Source: Octopus sinensis
Taxonomy: Eukaryota
Direction: 5' to 3'
Length of the DNA: 64,000 bases
Assembly (NCBI RefSeq): GCF_006345805.1
Contig: NC_043012.1
Location: 32,488,001-32,552,000, forward strand
The position numbers and the translations under genes were made by a program. Below the pieces are notes generated by a model. That model was not told the DNA's origin. It saw only the letters and a program-made list of their open reading frames with translations, and ran no database searches. Shown here one piece after another: positions 50,111 to 60,150 of this stretch. How positions within the stretch are numbered: the stretch's first letter is position 1; every line of letters begins with the position of its first letter.

Positions 50111-50253
50111 CCGCAAACTTCAACAGATAACTTGTTTTGAGTTGACAAACGTCCTAACTAATCTTGCAGTGACTGCAAAACGATCATCGTCATCTAAGGA
50201 ACTGTTATTGGATACATCTATCACAGTAACAGCAGTTGGAGATAAAAGACTAC
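50111..50253 (-). other. Candidate upstream exon of ADK (5' UTR or uORF)
   Basis: Donor CGG|GTAAAT at 50110, tandem acceptors TTTACTTAATAG|GTAG| (exon start 50253 or 50249), and a more balanced, CpG-containing composition than the flanks. No transcript evidence. Confidence 0.4.
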
Positions 50254-51178
50254 CTATTAAGTAAATAGCTTTCACTTATTTCATAAAGTAATAAGTTGTA
50301 TGCTACAGAGTTCAGCAGCTGCTTTGTCAATTACAGGGAGAGAAAAAAAAAATCTATTTTAAGCTTGGAGAAGTTTTAAATGTCAGTAGCCTTACTCCAA
50401 TAATGTTGTCATGTAGTTAAGTAATATAATTCTTTAAATATAGAATAACTAATGAATTGAGAGGACTAAATAAAAAAATTAAAAGTGTAGATAAACTATT
50501 TCTAGTCAACAGTATTAAGATATAAAATTACAGCAGGTCGGATGTACTTCAGCTTTTTTAAATTTTAATTTTGAAGTTGTCTCCCTTACCTTTGGAAAAA
50601 GAATTATCATTATACTTTTCTTCCTTTCTTTACGAGTAAAATTTTGATTAAATATATATATTTTTTAATTCACTTCATTAAGTATGTTAACTACCCACTT
50701 ATGTCTGTGTTATTCATGCAGAAAGCATCCCAAGGAAATTTTCCCATGTCGTTATTGATCCATCATTCTTAACTGCCAACATCTCAAAGATGCAAGCATG
50801 GTTAGCAATTACTGTCTCACTACTTTAAACCTCTATCTCTTCTTGGTAACCATCAAGTTCTGTAGAGGACTTCAGTGGAAACAGCGTTGTTCTCTGTGAC
50901 ATCAGCAAATCTTGGCATGAGTATCTACTAGTTCAGCTTACCATTTCTTAGATGAAATGCCCAATTAAACTTCACTGTTGTATGTGCTACAAAGACCTCT
51001 ATATTTCAAATTGTTAACTTTGTGATGCAATGTGGTTTGGTTGTGCCTCCAACACTAATACTGTCCTACATTAACGAGCTTCTTACTGCTACCCCTAATA
51101 CATACTCCTATACAGATACAAGACAGACTTCATCCCTAATGTAACACGAGATTCAGGCAACATCCAGATGCTACCCAT

Positions 51179-51363
51179 TTAACCTTTTAGCATTCAAATT
51201 ACTTTGTCAAATGTAATGCATATTTATACACATTGCCTTGAATTACTCATGCATATCCTGTAACTATTTTTAGAATGACACTGTAGGGTAGGTATGAGGG
51301 GCTGAATCTAGTAATTTTGCATGTAAAAATAGAATATTTTGGATCAGATATGGCCAGTTTAAA
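51179..51363. mobile_element. piggyBac-like MITE copy
   Basis: TTAA-CCTTTTAGCATTC..GATATGGCCAGTTTAAA. Confidence 0.55.
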
Positions 51364-51896
51364 TTCATCCAAAAATAACTGAATTTATGCCACTCTAAAG
51401 ATGTTAATTTGAAAATTAATTCTTAATCTTAAAAGTTTGAGATGATTTAAGTGTCAAAAAATTTTAACATTATAGAAATGGTACAGTCAATAGAATTCAC
51501 AGTAGTACAAGACTAATATATATTTTATTGATTACAGGAGGATAAAAGGCAAGGTTGATTCAGCTGGCATTTCAACACAATGGTAAATGGACATAGCTGG
51601 AGAAAAGATTAGGCGAGAGAATGAGTGTGTGAGAGAAAGTTAAGTAGGTAGGTACTGTTGTCACCATAATTACTAACAAGTTTGGATTTAAAAAAATGGA
51701 ATTTTAAGTGCAAGTTAATACAATGGAACACAAACTTCAAAAAATGACAATATGTATATATATGATACATGGTTATTTGTGTGTGTGTGTGTGTATTTAT
51801 TTATACATAATTAGGATAAAGTCATAATTTAATTATTTATCAATGGCCAGCATACTAACAAGACCTTATTGGGTTAATTTATATCTAAATATAATT

Positions 51897-52468
51897 TTAT
51901 TTGTTTCAGTCATTTAACTGCAGCCATGCTGGAGCACCGCCTTTTAGTCAAACAAATCAAATCCAAGATTTATTCTTTGTAAACTTGGTACTTATTCCAT
52001 TGGTGTCTTTTGTTGAACCACTAAGTTATGAGGACATAAACACATCAACATCGGTTGTCAAGCAATAGTGGGGAGCCAAACACAGACACACATAATCATC
52101 ATCATCATCGTTTAACGTCGGTTTTTCCATGCTGGCATAGGTTGGACGGTTTGACTAGGGACTGGCAAGCCAGGAGGCTGCACCAGGCTAGAGTCTGACC
52201 TGGCAATGTTTCTACAGCTGGATGCCCTTCCTAAAGCCAACCATTCCAACGGGAGCCAGTCAGGCGGAACAGGCATCGGCCACGTTCAGATGGTGCTTTT
52301 TACATGCCACCAGTGGGCTTCTTTCAGTTTCCATCAACCAAATCCACTCACAAAGCTTTGGTCGGCCTCACGCTATAGTAAAAAGACACTTGCCCAAGGT
52401 TCCACGCAGTGGGACTGAACCTAGAACCACGTGGTTGGGAAACAAGCTTCTTACCATACAGCCACATT

Positions 52469-52470
<2 letters not shown>
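51897..52470 (-). mobile_element. SINE family C with an RTE 3' fragment (~52095-52312) inserted in its internal microsatellite
   Basis: SINE-C tail 51897-52093, a family-B fragment starting at (CAT)n, then the SINE-C head resumes at TGGGCTTCTTTCAGTTTCC (~52313). Confidence 0.8.
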
Positions 52471-52508
<38 letters not shown>

Positions 52509-52744
52509 TTTATTTTCTATTATTAATGTTCATCAAGAAAGTCAATCTAAACATTATTTGCACAATTTATGAAGGTACATGCATGATTTAGAAATATTTT
52601 TAGCTGGAAGCATAGCAATGAATTTGAACAAGTAATTATAATATTACAGAAGTGAACAGAAAAGTAACGTAGCTCTATGCATTAGGACTATATCAAATTT
52701 TTATGCTCCAGCATGGCTGCAGTCTGAAACAAGTAAAAGAATAT

Positions 52745-53725
52745 ATGGTTCTAGGTTCAGTCCCACCTTGGGCAGGTGTCTTCTACTATAGCTTCAGGCC
52801 AACCAAAGCCTCATGAGTGGATTTGGTAGACATAAATTGAAAGAAGCCCATCGTATATATATATATTTATCTCTGTGTGTGTCTTTGTGTCTGTGCTTGC
52901 TCCCCACCATCACCACTTGACAATGGTGTTGATGTGTTTATGTCTGTAAGTTAGCAGTTCAGCAAAAGAGACTGATAGAATAAGTACTACACTTAAAAAC
53001 ATAAGTCCAGGGATCATTTTGTTCAACTAAAACACCTCAAGGTGGTGCTCTAGCATGGCCGCAGTCAGATGACTGAAACAAGTAAAAGAATAAAAGAATA
53101 TATATATATATATATATCCAATTTCCATCTAAACATTGCATAATTTTGTGAAGATATGAACAGATTTACAGAGACATGTTTCAAACATTAAAAGAAGCAA
53201 TAATAATGTTCGTATGTATTGCCAAAGTTTTCCAATAAAAGATTTGAATATAATAAGTATGCCTGTCTTCTAAGATGTATTTAAGAGAGGAAATAAATAG
53301 GCTCCAGCAATAAAGAAAAATAAAACTTAACAAAAACAATGTCATAGATTAAACTCTTAATGTATTGTGTAGCAGGCAAGGTAGATTGGTAAGAAGCTTG
53401 CTTCTCAGCCACATGGATCTGGGTTCCCACTGCATGGAACCTTAGGCAAGCATCTTTCACTATAGCCTCAGGTCAACAAAAGGCTTGTGAGTGGATTTGA
53501 TAGATGGAAATTGCAAGAAGCCCATCGTGCATGTGTGTGTGTGTGTGTGTGTGCGTCTTTGTATTTGTCCTTCATCATTACTTGACAACCAATGTTGGTG
53601 TATTTATGTCCCTGTAACTTAGGGGTTTGGCAAAAGAGACTAATAGAATAAAAAAAAAGGAGGTACTGGGATTGACTAATTCAACTAAAATTCTTCAAGG
53701 CAGTGCCCCAGCATGGCCGCAAAAA
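52745..53725 (+). mobile_element. Two SINE family C copies (52745-53095 and 53375-53725)
   Basis: CCTT(G/A)GGCA(A/G)G..GTGGATTTG(G/A)TAGA..AAAGAGAC..GATAGAATAA..CAGCATGGCCGCA in both. Confidence 0.8.
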
Positions 53726-53840
53726 AAATTAAAGATGAAACAAACTACTTTAGCCAGCTCGTTAAAGTATATATCTGAATGTTGGAAATAAAGATAGTAT
53801 TTTAATTATTATAGTAAATATAAAAATTCTCTCTACTATA

Positions 53841-54985
53841 GGCACAAGGTCTAAAATTTTGGGGGAGGGTGTATAGTTATACACATCAATCTGAGTGCTA
53901 AACTGGTACTTATTTTACCAACTCCAAAGGATAAAAGGCAAAGTCAACCTCAGCAGCATTTGAACTGAAAAGAATGCTGTGAAGCATTTTGTCTGATGCA
54001 ATAAGGATTCTGCCAACTATTATACCATGGTCACTATTAATTTGTATAATTTGAAGGTGATTATCACCAAAGTTTCAAATATATGACTTCACATATCTGG
54101 TTAATTATTCATGTGAACCAATTAAACGAGATTTTGACCAATCTGCTGACCATTCAAATAGTCATACAAATTTCACAAATGAGGCATCAAAATGTTACTC
54201 ATTGGATGCTTTCCAAGAAAAAGTGCAGAAGAAATTACATTTAGATATTTTCAAAAATTCATAGTAATACATAATAATACTAAAACTGATTCTAATTTAG
54301 GCTCAAGGCTAGTAATTTTAGGGATAGGGGTTAAGTTGATGCCATCAACTCTACCACTGATCTGGTACTTTATTTTATCCAGTTTGATAGGACGAAAGGC
54401 AAAGTTGAACTCATTCAGAGCATAAAAAGTCATCATAAGCAGTACTAGACATTTTGTCTGATGCTCTAACAATACTGCCAACTCACCACCCTTGTAAATA
54501 ATAATTTCAAATTTTGGCACAAGGCCAGTAATTTTGGGGGATTGGGTAAGTCAATTACATCAACACCAGTGTTCAACTAGTACTTATTTTATCAACCCTG
54601 AAAGGATGAAAGGCAAAGTCGACCTCAGCAGAATTTGAACTCAGAACACGAAAACAGACCAAATGCCGTTAAGCATTTTGCCCAATGTATTAACGCTTCT
54701 GCCAGCTCACCACCTTAATAATTTCAAATTTTGGTACAAGGACAGCAATTCTGAGAGAAGTGGGTAGATTTAGTAGTTAACTGGTACTGTATATTGTTTG
54801 GCTTCAGAGAGATGCAAGAAAAGGTTGACCTCAGGAAGATTTGAACTCAGAATGTAAACAACTGGAAAAAAATAGCAAGACATTTTTCCAATGCTCAAAC
54901 AATTCTATCTATTCACAATCTTAAAAGATTATTTCTAATTTAGGCACAAAGCCAGCAATTTTTGAGGAAGAGCTCAATGTAGTTG
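53841..54985 (-). mobile_element. Cluster of four or five diverged, co-oriented SINE family A copies
   Basis: AAGGCAAAGT(C/T)(A/G)A..ATTTGAACTCAG..AAGCATTTTG..CTGCCA recurs near 53940, 54400, 54615 and 54830, each with a TT(T/A)GG(C/T)ACAAGG tail variant. Confidence 0.75.
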
Positions 54986-56624
54986 TATTTGACAAAGTAT
55001 CTCCTAGCTAAATGTTTGACAGAAATTGTCTTTATTGTAACAGAGACATACACATATGTAATAAAAATAGTGATCTTATATTTTAAAATCTTCCCACTGA
55101 AAATGCCTCTCATATTAACTGCAACCGTTTATTATTATTCATATTACTGTAAACACCCATGTAATTTATGCAATTAGTTTTGGAAAAAAAAAACTTTAGG
55201 GGTGCATAAATTACATGAGTAGATTGTTTCCAGAATTAAAAAACGTAAACATTCGTACTTGAAGTTGACTCATTTAACATCAGAATAGGTTTTTACAGAA
55301 AAATAATGGCTTAAATATGTATAATGAAGTAAACTTTTATTTATGTTAGATGGTATAAAGCTTACTTTTTCTGTATCAATTTACTAAAACCATTAAATGG
55401 TTAACTAGCTTTTGAAGTCTGATGTTCATGCTAGTAAACACAAGTCCAGGCCATATTTTACATTGCTTGGAGTTTCTACCTATTGCAATGGAGCACCTCC
55501 TTCACAATAAATGATTCCTAAGTTCTGCTAATACTGACAATAATGGTAAAGACAAATTTTAAAGTTTGCTTGACATTTTATAAGTGTGAAAGGGATTAAA
55601 ATTTCAGTATTACGTATCAAACGTTCTGACAAGAATAGGCAGAAAAGAATTCCGTTTACATAATCAGTTTGATCGGTCATCTGCCTCTATTGGTTGAGTA
55701 AAGTGTCATCTAAGCTGATGTTTATTGGTAACTAAACTTAATTTGCAATACCTGTGCATATTTATCAGCTTTGTTTTTGTTGGTAATTCTTAACTTTTCT
55801 TGTGATTGTGATTTGAGAAGAAATACAGCAGTATGCTAAAGATTGGACATAATCTTTTGTGGGCAAGAAATGTAAAATAAAGTTTATTATAAACAACACA
55901 AACACTTTGTAATTTAGTAGCTTTCAATGTGATACCTGTTAAGCAGAAATTATTTTTATTTAATGAAAAGTTAATAAAATCTAAAAATAAGAAAGTGAAA
56001 TTATGTTAAATACAACTAAATTGAAAACCTTTTCCCCTGACTATATCGGCAATTCTAAAAACTTTTAGATGCGAATTTTACATGATTAGAAGCTTTTTTT
56101 TTAACAAATTTTATCCCAAAATCACCTGCGTAAATTACACAGGTGCACAAATCATATGGGTTTTTATGGTATGTGATTATAATATCTATTAATTATTAAT
56201 AATCATTTAATTATATTGTATACATTCGAAGTTGTAGTTAAAATAGTTGTAGCAGTTTTGAATGAAGCTTTAAGAAGAAAAATCAATGATCTTGTCTCTT
56301 TCTAATTCTTTTAATGCATGTGAGCGTGTATGTGTGTGTGCACACAAAAAATACCCAGCCTTTCATTTGTAAATGTTATGGTGTTATTTCAACCAAAAAA
56401 AGTAGGGTTCTAATTGTTGCACATATGTGAAATTATATGGCTACAACTTAAGACTTTTCAACACCTGCTGGCATGACCTGTGCCAATTTCTGTTGACTTC
56501 TTTAGACTTCAAGTAATCCTGAACAACTTCTGGCATTCAAACTGTAAAGCCTCTTTGGGGGTATTGTATATTTCTCTTTGCCGGTAAGCCTTTACCCAGA
56601 AGCTTTCATGTGCTTGCTTAACAG

Positions 56625-56860
56625 AACCTATTTCTTTACTATCCACAAGGGGCTAAACACAAAGAGGACAAACAAGGACAGACAAACGGATTAAGTCGAT
56701 TATATCGACCCCAGTGCCTAACTGGTACTTATTTAATCGACCCCGAAAGGATGAATGGCAAAGTCGACCTCGGTGGAATTTGAACTCAGAACGTAGCGGC
56801 AGATGAAATACTGCTAAGTATTTCACCAAGCACGCTAATGTTTCTGCCAGCTCACCGCCT
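56625..56860 (-). mobile_element. SINE family A, full length
   Basis: Collinear with 650-890. Near-perfect flanking repeat TTAACA(G/A)AACCT. Confidence 0.88.
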
Positions 56861-57379
56861 TAACAAAACCTGTTCTCACACTTCCATTCTTTCCACTACT
56901 GAGTATGTCATCTTGCAGAAAAGGCTAGAGATGTTCACTCAATTCAATCTTACAATCAACTAATGTAATGCTATGCTATAGACCCTAGGCTACTTCTATG
57001 CGCACCATCCTGTGTATGTATCTGTATATGTCGGTATATGTATATATACATACACCTACACATAAGTAAAATGTTGCACAGGAGGATGACAAAGGAAAAC
57101 AGGGAAAACACACAAAGGATGTGGACAGGGTCACCCCTCATCAACTGTCAACCAAAATCCTCACAATTTCAATGCCTTATCTATAATATTGTTCAATTTG
57201 GTTACATCAACAGCAAAAAGCTACTAGCGTATAAATGATTTATAAGACAAGTACAAAGAAGATGGTTTCTCTAGAATGTGGAGAAAAGGACAAGTTATGA
57301 GGAGAACAGGAAATATGTAGAAAAACAGGATAAACATAGGCTTGGATCCAAATTAAAAATCTAAAACATGAGATGGAAA

Positions 57380-57850
57380 ACCCAACTGAATAAGAGGACA
57401 GTCAAGCCAAAAAGGATGGGTAGTTTTAGAAACAGGATGGCCATGAAGTTGGGAATGGAGAGGAAGAAGAGGTATTAGGGGGTAGAAAGAGAATGTGAGA
57501 GAGGGAAGGCCCATACAAAGAGAAGAAAGCATAGGGAATAGATGAAATGAATAAAAGAGTAACTAGAAAGTTAGAGATTAACATATATGAAGAGAAAGTG
57601 TGGAAATGAAAAGGGGAAAAGATAGACAGAGGAGGAAATAGAAAGGTAGGCAAAAAGAGCAAACAAAGGGCAGGTAGATAGTTAGAAATGTAGGAAGAGA
57701 TAGAATGATAGGAAACAAAGGAAGGATGCAAGAAAAAGAAGATAGAGTGATGGTCAGGTGAGAAGAGTAGAGAGAAAAAGCAATAGACAGGTAACTGATG
57801 GTGCAAGGCAATGAGATAATAGTATGGTAGAGGGACAAGAGAGATACATG
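57380..57850. repeat. Purine-rich (GA-rich) low-complexity tract
   Basis: ~470 bp almost devoid of C on the plus strand; it yields the F/L/S-rich ORFs on the minus strand. Confidence 0.7.
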
Positions 57851-57907
57851 GTTACCCCAGCTGTGTATGTGTCTACACTCACAGAGACACCTGCATATAA
57901 ACACATA

Positions 57908-58780
57908 AGGTGGTATCAAAAAGTTCTCAGACTATTTCTGCAGTGCACCAACAGATGGCAGCACACAGTTGTGAGTACAGTGAGAGCTAGCAGTGACCTT
58001 CATGAGACAGTGTGCCAAGTGACATCGCTGTGTTTACTTTGCAAGTTGTGAAATTTGTGTTTTTGCAATCACGTGTATGCTGTAGTGTGCAGTTTTGTCA
58101 TGGATAGAAACAAAGAGCCAATGTGAATTTTGGCATTAAACTTGCGAAATCTGCTAGTTTCAGCAGGTTTATGGCAACGAGGCAATGGGTTGTACACAAT
58201 GTTTTGCGTGGTACTGGTACTTCAAAAGCGGAAGAACAACTTGGAAGGCGATGAATGATCCGGAAGAGCTGCCACAAGCGTCACTCCAGGAAATGTGGTA
58301 TTGTGTATCAAGAATTTGTCCCCCAGGGTCAGATAGTCGATCAAGAGTTCTACTGCAATGTTTTGAAGCATTTGGTGGAAGACATTCGACAAAAGTGACC
58401 GGATCTAAGGAGTGCGAAGAATTGGATTCTTCCTGAGCTCTCCTCACAAGTTTCTTGCTAAAATCAACAGGGTATCACCTCCACACCCACCCTATTCACC
58501 AGATTTAGCATCTGCAGACTTCCATTTCTTCCCCAACATGAAATTGCAGCACAACGGTTTTTGTTTTAACATTGCTGTCGAGATCCAAAGCGAATCACAG
58601 GTCCTTGAATGCCTTACAGAAAACGACTTACAGGCCAGATTCCAAAAGTGGCAGGAATGCTGGGACCTGTGTATTGTTGCACAAGGTGACTATTTCAAAG
58701 GAGATGATGTTAAAACTTAGGTAAATAAGTTATTTTTTTAATAAACAAAATTAATCCTGGAACTTTTTGATACCACTTTG
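57908..58780 (+). mobile_element. Mariner (DD34D-type) transposon, internally deleted
   Basis: TA|AGGTGGTATCAAAAAGTTCTCAG ... CCTGGAACTTTTTGATACCACTTTG|TA. Reads HPPYSPDLASADFHFFPNMK...FQKWQECWDLCIVAQGDYFKGD*. Confidence 0.9.
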
Positions 58781-58805
58781 TACATATAGACATACACACA
58801 TTCAA

Positions 58806-58840
<35 letters not shown>

Positions 58841-58841
<1 letters not shown>

Positions 58842-58942
58842 TTAAAAAATAAGGAGAAAATGGAGAGATAATTAATAAAATATTATTTATTAATAATTAA
58901 TATTTTATTAATTACCTCTCCATTTTCTCCTGATTCTTTAAA
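58841..58942. repeat. AT-rich near-perfect hairpin (~40-bp arms)
   Basis: AGGAGAAAATGGAGAGATAATTAATAAAATATTA versus TAATATTTTATTAATTACCTCTCCATTTTCTCCT. Confidence 0.8.
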
Positions 58943-59299
58943 TATATAAATATATGAACCATGGTTTATATGGTTACCTTATAGTTGAACTTTCTATGGA
59001 TTGGTAACTATTTTCCTTGGATTTTATTATCCCTTAATTAGATTTATAACCTTTACTTGAATATATATATATATATATATAAATTTTATAATTATGAGCA
59101 TAATTATAATTAGGGTTCAGCAAAATTTGCTTCACCACATACCGAAATTTAGAAATAGCAGTTAAAATACTATTCTACTACCCTAAGATATCTCCCTGAC
59201 AGCAATACTCTACAACTCACGAGAGTATTGCTGGAGGCTTAAGATGGTGACCAATGTAATATATGAGTGTAGAGGACAGTATCAAGAATGAAAGATGGA

Positions 59300-59337
59300 T
59301 AATTTGACTCAATACGGGAAAACTCCCCTGGTCCAGA
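59300..59337 (+). pseudogene. Short 18S rRNA-derived fragment
   Basis: TAATTTGACTCAATACGGGAAAACTCCCCTGGTCCAGA versus the conserved 18S segment TAATTTGACTCAACACGGGAAAACTCACCAGGTCCAGA (3 mismatches against my recalled consensus). Confidence 0.65.
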
Positions 59338-59379
59338 TGCAATACTAACACATGCATCGTACAATCTGTCCTACACTCT

Positions 59380-59680
59380 GTGGAGAAAAAAATCTTTTGT
59401 TGCCAGCACCAGTAGAAGTTACCGAAACTTTTTCTAACCTGTTCTTACCCTGGCTAAAATACTTTTGAAGCAACCACTTCTGCGGCAACAAAAGCTATCA
59501 ACTACTACTAGTGAACCCACCAGGGATTCAGGGGAGTCTGTTTCTGGTGTGTTCATAGTAGGAACTACTCCAGTGCAGTTATCACATATGCAGCTTACAT
59601 TCTCTGATAGTCTGCCAGTGATTCCCCTACATCTCGTGTGTCCATTGCTTATACTGGACATGGCATATGGAAATTATACC
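59380..59680 (-). mobile_element. RTE LINE fragment
   Basis: HTRCRGITGRLSENVSCICDNCTG..SLVVVDSFC..SGCFKSILARVRTG*KKFR. Confidence 0.75.
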
Positions 59681-59699
59681 TACTCCTTTTCTCTTTATT

Positions 59700-60150
59700 A
59701 GGGCTTGGTTCTCAACCTATTCTTATTAATCATTGTCCTCCAGACCATAATGGAGGAATTTAAGACTGGCTGCCCTTAGGAACTACAATATACGCTGATG
59801 ACCTCATTCTCATAGCAAATTCTATAATAAAAATTAGAAAAGAAATTCCAGGTGTTGAAGTAAAAGTTAGCTTAAGAAAGACCAAAGCTCCAGTAAGTAG
59901 GAAAATAGACAAGATTCTACTCCCTTCAGGTCAATGGCCCTGGTCAATATGTAGAAAAGGTGGAGACAGAAATTCCATAGATGTACCCAGTGCAAGCTAT
60001 GAACACACAAAAGATGTAGAATCACATGAGGGTTAATGGATAGTGTTTGCATGTGGAAGATGTACAGGGCAACGAACTCTAAGGACACAAAGAGAAGATA
60101 GATTCCCTTGAATGCCCTGGAAACTCTCTGGAGGTAGTAGTTTCTATCTG
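59700..60150 (+). mobile_element. RTE LINE fragment (RT motif region)
   Basis: IIVLQTIMEEFKTGCP*ELQY(A)DDLILIA.., followed by the Cys/His region also seen in 59380-59680. Confidence 0.75.

Noticed and set aside
57426-57919. Hydrophobic F/L/S-rich ORFs resembling membrane proteins (also 3020-3412)
   Set aside because: They are the reverse complement of purine-rich low-complexity DNA.
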